Notes: a model not told the origin generated them from the letters alone. A stretch of DNA of 15,383 nucleotides from Candidatus Micrarchaeota archaeon (GCA_027046625.1 JALTXX010000010.1:1-15383), one strand, 5' to 3'; numbered from the stretch's first letter, positions 1 through 8,459 are shown. A program made the numbers and translations.

Positions 1-1
1 G

Positions 2-3000
2 GTGGAGGGGAACAACCTGTTGGCGTGTTGGGTGGCCAACGGTGGGGAGAATGCCGGTACTGGAGGTGGTTACTTTGATGTGGAGGTGGAGGTGACGTAT
101 GAGAAGACGTTATCCACCACTACCCAGATCTGGGTAAGGGTTCCCTCTATACCTGCCGGGACTTCCACTATCTATATGTACTATGGAAACCCGGCAGCTA
201 CAGCCAATATACAGGATTTAAATACCTTTGAAAAGTTTGAGTCCTATACCATAACTCTACCTACCCAGACAGTGGCAGGTGAGTGGTTCTGGTTTGACTT
301 CAACTCACCCTTCAGCGGTACGCCTGTTGTTATTGCGCAGCCAGATACCACATACAACGGAGCCCAAGAGTTAACCTTAAGGTTGAGAGACATCAATACA
401 ACGGGATTCTACATTAGACAGCAGGAACCATCAAACAGAGACGACATCCACGCATCAGAAGCTGTTCACTACTTTGCTGCATTACCAGGCTGCTGGAAGA
501 TTAGAGGTCTAAACATCACATTCTGTGCAGGCAGATTTGAAACCAACATATGGGAACCCGGAGATGTGGTGTATACAGGACCATCAAATACGGTTACATT
601 CCCCATAACCTTTGCTACTACTCCAGTAGCTCACGTTCAGATGCAGGATTATAACTATACCGGCTTTGTAAGGACAAGAATATACTCCGTTTCCACAACA
701 GATCTCTCCACTAACCCGGAGCCAGAAGGGGGTATAACCACCGTTCCCTCCACATGGGTAACTCTAGGATGGATGGTCTTTGAACGAACAACCACCACAG
801 GCTATGAGAGTGGTATATATCCCTCTTGTGACGCAGATGTGGGTGCTGGTACATGGTGTACCATCACCTTCACCAACACATACACAAACCCATCCGTTAT
901 TATGCATGCCCAAACTGGTATAGGCGGTGATTCCTTCGGATTAAGAGGGAGAAATCTCTCCTCTACTTCGGTGGATGTAACAATAGAGGAGGATCAAACT
1001 GCAGACACGGAGCAGTCCCACGTAGCAGAGGACATTGGATACACAGTGATTGAGGAAGGCACATACTATCTTACAAAGGTAGTAAGTGATCCTCCGTCTT
1101 ACAACGTCGGGAGCGAAGAAACTGTAAACGGTTCCTATCTTTGGGTAAGGGAGTATCCCTTCAAAGGCTATCTAGTGGGTGTGATAGAATACAACGATAA
1201 TGGAAACTGGATCCTTGTAACAACAGACTTTAATACTTTCCAGACATGGGATGGCTTCGTAGACTTATCCTCCTTCTGGGTAGACTGGAACACGTGGGGA
1301 GCCAACCAGGGTATCTACAGAGCTAGGGTGTTTGCACACAACGTATATGGAGAAGAGTTAAACAGTTTTGGAACTCCCTTGGAGGCTTACTACATCTTTG
1401 AGGTAGGTCCGCCACCTATAGACTTTACTATTACTGACTTCCGCCTCTACGAAGCCAATACACGAACTGGAGGTACATTCATAGACTCTGGATTAGAAAA
1501 GACTTACTACCTTGAGGTAAACAAATCCTATCGCCTTGAATTCGATGTTACTCTAAGCCCCTATAGCTATGATTGGAATGTAGCAGACTCTAATGTATAT
1601 GCGTCCGAGCTAAATATCGACTGGAATGTGTACGATATCTGGTATACCATCTCTTCAGACTTTAATGGAGGTGTGTTCGATGGAAATGTAGAGTGGAATA
1701 CAGCTCAGGGAGGCACTGTTAGTGCGTCCCAGACAGCCACATTCAAATTCCTGCTCACTCCTACCAACGAGGGGGATTATAACCTCTACCTCTTCGTAGA
1801 GCATATACTTGACAGCGATTCTAACTGGGTTAGGATAGTATCCTTTGTGCCTGATACTGTTCCTCCCAATCCAATAGAATATAACTTGCTCAACATTGAT
1901 ACCAATCAAGTAGGCTGGGAGATAAACGTTATTAGAACATTTGAGCAGGCCAAAATCTATGCTACATGGGATGAGGACATTAACGAGGCTTATGTGGAGT
2001 ATAACTCTACCTCTCCCCTCCTAATAACCTCCACTATCGTCCCCTCTGGCAACTACACAGAGTACACGTTTAACATAACCAAGTTCTGGCTACTTGGCCC
2101 ACACGTTGCAAAGATATACGCCTCAGATCTATCAGGGAACTGGAGAAACGATCTGAACTACCTAATCTTCAACGTATGGGGATTGGCAGATGTTAATGGG
2201 GCAGAATTGAACACTTCCGCTGTATACGAAGGCAATACCGTAGAAATAAGGGCCACTGTGGTGGATAGAACAGATAATAACAGCCCAATATCTAACATTA
2301 TTGTTTATTTCGATATAAATGGAACGTTACTAACCGCCACAACAGACAGTAACGGAGAAGCTAACATTACATACACCTTCACATCCGCTGGTACCTATGA
2401 GATCAATGTATACACAGAGGGCAACCTTGCACGCTATTATCTCCCTGGATTGTCCCAAATCATCGAGCTTAATGTATACGAACTTGTACCTCCTGACTAC
2501 AACAATGTAACATATCCTACAAAGATACACAGAGGCGAAGTATTTGAGGTAAATGTGCAATGGATAGACAATCACAAAGTAACCGAGACAAACCTCTACG
2601 TTAGGAAAACACCCTCCGCACCATTCCTAACAGGATGGAACTATAGAAGGGCTATATACGTCTCCTCTCCAGCAGACATAAACGAATATCAGGTGTTGAT
2701 AGTATTCGACTCAAGAAGTCTCATACTGGATGGGAAGATGAACAGTGATTGTTCAGATATTAGAATTACCCTTGCGGATGGAACCACAACACTCCCCTAT
2801 TGGATAGAAAGAGGATGTGGCGAGACCAACACCTTTGTATGGTTTGAAGCAAATCTTACCAACGGAAGTAACATGTTCTACCTCTACTATGGTAATAACT
2901 CTGCTACTTCAGAGTCTAATATCGATGCCGTAATGATACCAGGTATTCACCTTACAACTGGCAGATGTACAGATGCAACCCTATGTAATTACACAGACAA

Positions 3001-5494
3001 TCACAATGAATTTGACCAGATAAGAGCTACGATGCCGTCCATTGATGGCAGCGGGTATGTAACGGAGGTAAACCATGATCTAAATCCCTTCGGATCAAGT
3101 GACAACTACTATTCCAGGTACAGATTCATATTTGTGGCCCCTACTGCAGGAACGTACACCTTCTACACAAACTCAGACGATGCATCGGAAGTAGGTGTTT
3201 GGATAGCCGATGGATATGGAGGTGGACTCACAACACCCTCTCCACATCCCTTCGGCGAACATAATGTAGTATCTTACTGGTATGGCGGTCATGGAGCAAC
3301 AACGGCATGTAGTACCGGTGGGGTTGCCGGCAGTATATCCCTTAACTCAGGAGATACCATATGGATAGACTACATGCAATCTGAATGGCTAGGAGGGGAG
3401 CTTGCCCAGTTGTGTGTATCCATAAATGGAGGTACTGCTCAGCTGGTATCTACATCCAACTTCTCCCTATATGCAAGGAAGTACATAACCCCCGATCCCT
3501 CTGTTACGGTAGGTGCAGAAGAAACCGATTGGGTATTGGTTGACACTAATACAAACATAGACTCCAACAATGTAGTTGTAACACTTGAATGGAATGTTCC
3601 AACTACTGAACCCCTTGGAGGTCACCAGTGGAAGGAAAGGGGGAAGGACTGGAGTGGTAATGTAACAGAAACTAATATCTATGAATTTAATGTATGGGGG
3701 TGGGCTATAGTAGCCGATTCCTACGTAGATCCTCCCTCTGTAAATCCAGATCAGAATGTTACCATGTTCTGTAAGGTCATTGACAAGGATACGAACATTC
3801 CACTCAACACATACGATGTAAACTTCTACTGGGATGGTAATTATCTAGGAACGGTAGAAACCAACATTGAAGGGTGGGCTAGCTTTGAATATAATGTTGG
3901 TAGTGTCACTGGTTTGCACTCATTTTCCTGTGTTATAGGCAGTGAACCCCTCATGCTATACGATCCCTATCCAGGACAAGATAGTGCAGTTGAAACGGTA
4001 AATGTTACAACATCTTCCGACACAGACCCGCCAGATGCGGTAGAGTGGAATGTGATAGACCTTAACCTTTCAAGGGAAGGTAAGGAGATCAACATATATA
4101 GAGGCGATGAGCTGAACTTCTGGAGTGTATGGGATGAGAATCTACAGAGGGCATGGGTAGAGTACAGCCCTGATGGTGTTACAGATACCAACTTAGAGGC
4201 TAATGTAGACCTTAACAGGGCATACGCAATTATGTACACATCCACATGGAGTAGAGGGCTTCACACCCTCCTAATGAGAGGCATGGATGATGCAAATAAC
4301 ATTTCCATCGATGCAAACTCTGCAGAGGTGAATGTATTCGTCTGGGTTACATCAAATGTAGAATGGGTATCACCCACAGGTACGGTGGATAGAACTGCAG
4401 ATATGAATGCTGTATGCAGGGTATACGAGGGAGATACAAATGTAGGCATCCCCAACTACACGGTGTACTTCTACTCCTCCTACGGAGGGGGTACATTCCT
4501 CGGATCTGCAGATACCAACAGCGATGGATACGCCACACTCTTTGTAGATCTAAACAACTACTACGGAACCTACACCTTCTGGTGTGAAATACAGGATGAT
4601 CTAACAAGATACTATGAGGCAAATATCTCCACAGACTCTACAACCATAACAGTGGCTGCCATAAACCTTAGAGCTACAAACGTGGATGTAAACATTACCT
4701 CTCCACCTAGAGAGGGAGATCTCATACTCATAGAGGGCAACATTTTGAACGAGTATGATCCTGTTGACACAAATGTTGAAATACGAATAGAAAGGAATGA
4801 AGGAAACTTTACACTGTTTGAGAGCTATAGAGTATTCCATAGCTTTGCCTCAGGAGAGGAGAATACATTTACATACGTATGGTCTACATATCCAGGAACA
4901 TACAGGATATTCATAGTGGCAGATCCGGACAATACAGTTTCGGAGGAGAATGAGCTGGACAACAACACCTACATAGAGCTAAATGTACAGTCTTGGACGG
5001 TACTCTATGGTGAGGTTAACCTTGATGCCGTACTCGGCGGGGGTGCAGACGTATTCTACAACTGGGAAGGACTTGACGGTATTGCTATCTTCTATGACAG
5101 CGATTACTCCATCGATATAGATCAGATCAACCCGCTAAACGATGTAAACGATCTAAGACTAGCTGATATTGTTCTTAACATGTATGGTAGTTGGGATTCC
5201 ATAGAGTACACCTACGATAGTAATAGAGATGGGAATATCGACAATTTCTACACCTTTATCATAGGTAACAGAGCAGTAACTATGCCTGTAATATATGAAG
5301 ATAATTGGCCCGTGGGCATAGGATTTGTAGGCACCGCCTTTGATGGCAACCAACCCATTGTATTTGTCACAGAAATACGCAAGGGGAGTAGCTGCTCATA
5401 TGGAGTATGTGACTACGTAGTAAGAATACCCGCGCTCCTTAGGGACCAATCCACTGCCACAAGCAGGATAGGTCTGAAGTTTATCCCTCAGTAG
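2..5494 (+). CDS. Giant modular extracellular adhesin-like protein, 5'-truncated: partial DUF2341 with 3 H-type-lectin-like repeats, 3 paired Ig-like repeats, DUF2341 with PA14 insert, CARDB, C-terminal domain
   Basis: The frame is open from the window edge, so the true start is probably upstream. T/N/D/V/Y-rich beta composition. DUF2341 motifs WNYRRAI..DCSDIRIT..LPYWIE..FYLYYGN and QIWVRVPSIP..IYMYYGN. PA14 motif FVAPTAGTYTFYTNSDDAS. CARDB motif GTYRIFIVADPDNTVSEENELDNN. No C-terminal TM helix. Confidence 0.85.
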   Translation: MEGNNLLACWVANGGENAGTGGGYFDVEVEVTYEKTLSTTTQIWVRVPSIPAGTSTIYMYYGNPAATANIQDLNTFEKFESYTITLPTQTVAGEWFWFDFNSPFSGTPVVIAQPDTTYNGAQELTLRLRDINTTGFYIRQQEPSNRDDIHASEAVHYFAALPGCWKIRGLNITFCAGRFETNIWEPGDVVYTGPSNTVTFPITFATTPVAHVQMQDYNYTGFVRTRIYSVSTTDLSTNPEPEGGITTVPSTWVTLGWMVFERTTTTGYESGIYPSCDADVGAGTWCTITFTNTYTNPSVIMHAQTGIGGDSFGLRGRNLSSTSVDVTIEEDQTADTEQSHVAEDIGYTVIEEGTYYLTKVVSDPPSYNVGSEETVNGSYLWVREYPFKGYLVGVIEYNDNGNWILVTTDFNTFQTWDGFVDLSSFWVDWNTWGANQGIYRARVFAHNVYGEELNSFGTPLEAYYIFEVGPPPIDFTITDFRLYEANTRTGGTFIDSGLEKTYYLEVNKSYRLEFDVTLSPYSYDWNVADSNVYASELNIDWNVYDIWYTISSDFNGGVFDGNVEWNTAQGGTVSASQTATFKFLLTPTNEGDYNLYLFVEHILDSDSNWVRIVSFVPDTVPPNPIEYNLLNIDTNQVGWEINVIRTFEQAKIYATWDEDINEAYVEYNSTSPLLITSTIVPSGNYTEYTFNITKFWLLGPHVAKIYASDLSGNWRNDLNYLIFNVWGLADVNGAELNTSAVYEGNTVEIRATVVDRTDNNSPISNIIVYFDINGTLLTATTDSNGEANITYTFTSAGTYEINVYTEGNLARYYLPGLSQIIELNVYELVPPDYNNVTYPTKIHRGEVFEVNVQWIDNHKVTETNLYVRKTPSAPFLTGWNYRRAIYVSSPADINEYQVLIVFDSRSLILDGKMNSDCSDIRITLADGTTTLPYWIERGCGETNTFVWFEANLTNGSNMFYLYYGNNSATSESNIDAVMIPGIHLTTGRCTDATLCNYTDNHNEFDQIRATMPSIDGSGYVTEVNHDLNPFGSSDNYYSRYRFIFVAPTAGTYTFYTNSDDASEVGVWIADGYGGGLTTPSPHPFGEHNVVSYWYGGHGATTACSTGGVAGSISLNSGDTIWIDYMQSEWLGGELAQLCVSINGGTAQLVSTSNFSLYARKYITPDPSVTVGAEETDWVLVDTNTNIDSNNVVVTLEWNVPTTEPLGGHQWKERGKDWSGNVTETNIYEFNVWGWAIVADSYVDPPSVNPDQNVTMFCKVIDKDTNIPLNTYDVNFYWDGNYLGTVETNIEGWASFEYNVGSVTGLHSFSCVIGSEPLMLYDPYPGQDSAVETVNVTTSSDTDPPDAVEWNVIDLNLSREGKEINIYRGDELNFWSVWDENLQRAWVEYSPDGVTDTNLEANVDLNRAYAIMYTSTWSRGLHTLLMRGMDDANNISIDANSAEVNVFVWVTSNVEWVSPTGTVDRTADMNAVCRVYEGDTNVGIPNYTVYFYSSYGGGTFLGSADTNSDGYATLFVDLNNYYGTYTFWCEIQDDLTRYYEANISTDSTTITVAAINLRATNVDVNITSPPREGDLILIEGNILNEYDPVDTNVEIRIERNEGNFTLFESYRVFHSFASGEENTFTYVWSTYPGTYRIFIVADPDNTVSEENELDNNTYIELNVQSWTVLYGEVNLDAVLGGGADVFYNWEGLDGIAIFYDSDYSIDIDQINPLNDVNDLRLADIVLNMYGSWDSIEYTYDSNRDGNIDNFYTFIIGNRAVTMPVIYEDNWPVGIGFVGTAFDGNQPIVFVTEIRKGSSCSYGVCDYVVRIPALLRDQSTATSRIGLKFIPQ

Positions 5495-5543
5495 AATGTA
5501 ACCACCCAGTAATCGTTAATTAACCTTGTGGGAAGGCAATACC

Positions 5544-5551
5544 TTTAAGTA
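5544..5551 (+). promoter_or_regulatory. Putative TATA box of the archaellin gene
   Basis: TTTAAGTA in the intergenic gap, about 50 nt before the likely GTG, leaving a short leader that contains a strong SD. Confidence 0.5.
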
Positions 5552-5585
5552 TGGGAAATACTAACTCTAATTGACCCTATATAAA

Positions 5586-5594
5586 GGAGGGTGA
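5586..5594 (+). promoter_or_regulatory. Shine-Dalgarno site of the archaellin
   Basis: GGAGGGTGA, 5 nt before GTG at 5600. Confidence 0.65.
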
Positions 5595-5599
5595 AAGAC

Positions 5600-6217
5600 G
5601 TGAAGGGACAGGTAGCAATCGGAACCCTTGTGGTATTTATAGCGCTGGTGATAACAGCGGCCCTTGCAGCTGGAGTACTTGTGGCTGCCACACAGAATGC
5701 CCAGAGCAAAGCTGAGGCTGTATACGGAAAAACGCTGGAAAAGGCCACGTATGCCTTTAAGTTCAGAGGTGTAGAGGGTCTTACAACGGCAGACGACAGC
5801 AACATAGAGTATGCCATCTTCTATATAGAGCTCGCCCCAGGTTCCGGCGAAATAGACCTAGAGGATGTTACAACCATTTGGAGGGCAGCAAACGGAGCAG
5901 AGTACGACGAATATGACTTTAATACAACCTCTGTAGATCTGAACACAGCGGCACTATCCAGCTCCAATCCATTCACCGCAACACTGGCAGCTGGTAAGTT
6001 TTACGTGGTTGGAAACAGAACATCTGCCAACGAGGCAACACCAGACAGGTATGTAGAATCTGGTGAGCTTTACGCCATAGCAATAAAGCTTCCAGCAACT
6101 CTTGACGAAGGTGAAGACTGGCAGATAACAGTAAGGGCACCCTATATCCAGGATACTTCAGTAGATGGTATAGCACCTGAGGTGCTACAAAGCGGCAGAA
6201 TAGAGAAGTTGGCATAA
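5600..6217 (+). CDS. flaB: Archaellin, probably the major filament subunit
   Basis: Class III signal peptide and conserved helix MKG|QVAIGTLVVFIALVITAALAAGVLV. Archaellin motif IELAPGSGEIDL. Start moved from 5591 to GTG 5600 on SD spacing. Has its own promoter, SD and terminator. Confidence 0.9.
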   Translation: MKGQVAIGTLVVFIALVITAALAAGVLVAATQNAQSKAEAVYGKTLEKATYAFKFRGVEGLTTADDSNIEYAIFYIELAPGSGEIDLEDVTTIWRAANGAEYDEYDFNTTSVDLNTAALSSSNPFTATLAAGKFYVVGNRTSANEATPDRYVESGELYAIAIKLPATLDEGEDWQITVRAPYIQDTSVDGIAPEVLQSGRIEKLA

Positions 6218-6223
6218 ATAAAA

Positions 6224-6250
6224 TCTCTTCCTTTCCCTTTTCTTTTCCAT
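6224..6250 (+). terminator. Pyrimidine/oligo-T archaeal terminator of flaB
   Basis: tctcttcctttcccttttcttttcc just after the stop, in the gap between convergent flaB and flaH. Confidence 0.55.
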
Positions 6251-6943
6251 TTATATTGCAAAAGCCGAGATATCTATTATCAACCCAAACCTTGGCTCCA
6301 CACGGAACTTTATAACCTTTGTGACATCCCTTTCTGCCTTCCAACGCTTCACATAGATTACATTCTTTATATCGTCACCCACAACCTCCTGTTTTAATTC
6401 TAGGTAATTATCTGCAACCTCTCTTAGCTGTTCCATAAGCTTCACATCCATATTACCAGGATCGTAGGTGATAATGATGCTCCTTCCCTTCTGGATAACC
6501 TTCTTCAAGAAATTGATAAACTGGAACACTTGAGACTCCCTTAATGGCTCATCGGGCAGCATAAGGTTAATGGAATCTATAATAGTAACTTCATTAATGA
6601 AAAGGAACTCCGCTCTCATCAAACGTTCAAGCAGGTCCTTCTTCTTTTTAAGCTTCTTCGCAGAGGGTGGAAAAACGGGGAAGAACATCAGTCTCCTCTT
6701 TACTAGGTAGGGTAGCACATTGTATCCTAGCGATTGCATCTGTCTAAGGAATCCCTTGGTGGATAGCTCCGTGGAAAGATAAGTTACTGTATGTCCGTTT
6801 TCTAGCAATCCAAAGGCTATTCGTTGTGACAGTATACTCTTTCCTGATCCATCTTCTCCCTCTATGATGGTTATGGTTCCTGGTGCTATGCCACCGCCTA
6901 GTCTCCTTCCTAACTCATCTCTCTCCAGATTTATAGAGTACAT
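6251..6943 (-). CDS. flaH: Archaellum KaiC/RecA-like nucleotide-binding protein ArlH/FlaH
   Basis: N-terminal RDELGRRLGGGI, Walker A GEDGSGKS, TYLSTE, Walker B IIDS, C-terminal IKFRVEPRFGLIIDIS. SD AGGTGA overlaps the upstream stop. Confidence 0.95.
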   Translation of the reverse strand: MYSINLERDELGRRLGGGIAPGTITIIEGEDGSGKSILSQRIAFGLLENGHTVTYLSTELSTKGFLRQMQSLGYNVLPYLVKRRLMFFPVFPPSAKKLKKKKDLLERLMRAEFLFINEVTIIDSINLMLPDEPLRESQVFQFINFLKKVIQKGRSIIITYDPGNMDVKLMEQLREVADNYLELKQEVVGDDIKNVIYVKRWKAERDVTKVIKFRVEPRFGLIIDISAFAI

Positions 6944-6950
6944 CGGTGTC

Positions 6951-7646
6951 TCACCTGCTCATAATATCCTTTATTGATAGGATGTATTCCAGCACTCTAT
7001 TGTGTTCTTCTGGGTCTAATTGCACATTTACCATCTCTGGCTCCAGATCTACCCGTATTCCCTCTGCATACCTCTTTAGTACATCTGCTACTTCCTCCGA
7101 TATCCACCTAATCTCCACATAGTATCTTAGTAGTTCCTCTATTCCACTGTGGCCCACCTTTTCTACCATAAAACGTGCCCAATCCATTAGCACCTCTATC
7201 ACCTTGGGGTTGGTTAGATCTACATAGGAAAGCACCGTTTCTTCCTGCGATTCTTTAGTTTCCTTCTTCTCAACCTCTACCACCACTGGTTTTTCTTCCA
7301 CTTCTTGCACTCTCTCCTCCATTTTTTCCTTTCTCAACGGCAGCGCCTTTTCCTCCTCATCAAGGAAGGGGTTTAGCTGGTTCATTACTATCTCATATAT
7401 GGAAGCCAACTGGCTCATAGTCTTTTCCATCTCTTCCAACTTCCCATTAACACTCTTTACGCTCTCTTTAACCACATTCAACGCATCTTCCAATCTCTCC
7501 ACCTTCTTCTCCAAGTCCTCTACCACGATATTAAGGTCTCTTCCCTCATTCTTTGGCTGTGTCTGCTGAGGCGCTGGTCCTATGGATATAGCTGGTTTTG
7601 GGGGCGGTGTTTGAGGGGTTTCCTTCTTTTTTAGGAAGTCAAACAC
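6951..7646 (-). CDS. flaCDE: Fused ArlC-ArlD/E (FlaCDE) switch/scaffold protein
   Basis: Coiled coil ending in FlaC-type LASIYEIVMNQLNPF. C-terminal FlaD/E-type WARFMVEKVG..LLRYYVEIRWISEEV..LDPEEH. GTG start with a perfect SD. Confidence 0.85.
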   Translation of the reverse strand: MFDFLKKKETPQTPPPKPAISIGPAPQQTQPKNEGRDLNIVVEDLEKKVERLEDALNVVKESVKSVNGKLEEMEKTMSQLASIYEIVMNQLNPFLDEEEKALPLRKEKMEERVQEVEEKPVVVEVEKKETKESQEETVLSYVDLTNPKVIEVLMDWARFMVEKVGHSGIEELLRYYVEIRWISEEVADVLKRYAEGIRVDLEPEMVNVQLDPEEHNRVLEYILSIKDIMSR

Positions 7647-7650
7647 ATTC

Positions 7651-7658
7651 TCACCTCC
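7651..7658 (-). promoter_or_regulatory. Shine-Dalgarno site for flaCDE
   Basis: GGAGGTGA on the minus strand, overlapping the upstream TAG, 4 nt before GTG. Confidence 0.8.
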
Positions 7659-8428
7659 TAAGGGAATATTTTCACTATCTTTCCTTCAAATCCTCTTGGG
7701 AGCATGAGCTCCTTTGATTCCTTATATCCTTGGGCATGTCCCATCTCTAAAGTTATAGAGGATGCTGGATAGAGGGGGGATCTCAATCTGTAAAAGATCA
7801 TTATCTCCTGATCCCTTAGAAGAGATACGGTATCTCCTTTATCATAACAATCCGTCCAAAGTACAGTATAGAAGGATCCTATACGGGGATCTGACGAGTT
7901 TGGAGGAAATGGGTCCATAACATAAGTGATATAGTCCAAGGAGTACCTGTTTAATCTCCTCATAGCATTGATAAGAGTGGCTCTGCAGGCTGGTTGCGGA
8001 GGAGAATCACCATTTGAAATATAGTCTGCTATAATAATTAGTTCGTTCCTTTCTGGATCACCATTTACATCTGAGAACTCTGTAGGAAGATCTTCTGGTT
8101 TTACGTATCTAATACCTTCTAAAGCCTCATCTTCCGTAATCACACTTAAGGTAGTTTTCTCAAGATTCATTGGATTGGATCCGGGATAGAGAGCAGCCTT
8201 TATAAGCAAATGGGTCACACACCTCTCAGATCCACAGATATTTGTTACACCCTTCACCTCCTTTATCATAACTCTATCCAATAACATCCTTTCCTGTTCC
8301 TTTTGAATTGATCTTGCCTTCACTCTCAATTCATCTGCCGTTTGCACCAATAGTATTGCCACTACAACGGCTGTAAGTATAATGGCGATCATCACAAGAA
8401 TGGTGCCTATTCCACTCTGGCCTTCCAT
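7658..8428 (-). CDS. Divergent archaellin-family protein (minor archaellin-like)
   Basis: MEG|QSGIGTILVMIAIILTAVVVAILLVQTA class III-like N-terminus. ALYPGSNPMNLEKT resembles the archaellin xPGSxxIDL motif. Central insertion with cysteines. Confidence 0.8.
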   Translation of the reverse strand: MEGQSGIGTILVMIAIILTAVVVAILLVQTADELRVKARSIQKEQERMLLDRVMIKEVKGVTNICGSERCVTHLLIKAALYPGSNPMNLEKTTLSVITEDEALEGIRYVKPEDLPTEFSDVNGDPERNELIIIADYISNGDSPPQPACRATLINAMRRLNRYSLDYITYVMDPFPPNSSDPRIGSFYTVLWTDCYDKGDTVSLLRDQEIMIFYRLRSPLYPASSITLEMGHAQGYKESKELMLPRGFEGKIVKIFP

Positions 8429-8452
8429 TCCCTAAGATGTGGGTGCTGCCCG

Positions 8453-8459
8453 TTTAAAA
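8453..8459 (-). promoter_or_regulatory. Internal TATA box giving a leaderless archaellin-like/flaCDE/flaH transcript
   Basis: TTTTAAA on the minus strand, 24 nt before ATG 8428. No SD present, and an in-frame stop lies two codons upstream of the ATG. Confidence 0.6.

Noticed and set aside
1655-5353. Seven short minus-strand ORFs inside the giant gene
   Set aside because: Antisense shadows of a long, domain-rich ORF with no recognisable motifs.
5515-5524. Palindrome GTTAATTAAC upstream of the flaB TATA
   Set aside because: Only 10 bp, AT-rich and unrelated to the 14138 palindrome; could be chance.
5578-5585. TATATAAA just before flaB
   Set aside because: Only 14 nt from the start codon, too close to be this gene's TATA box.
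5545-6344. Minus-strand ORFs 5545-5817 and 5973-6344 as possible flaF/flaG
   Set aside because: Antisense to flaB, with no ArlF/ArlG-like N-terminal TM helix plus beta domain.
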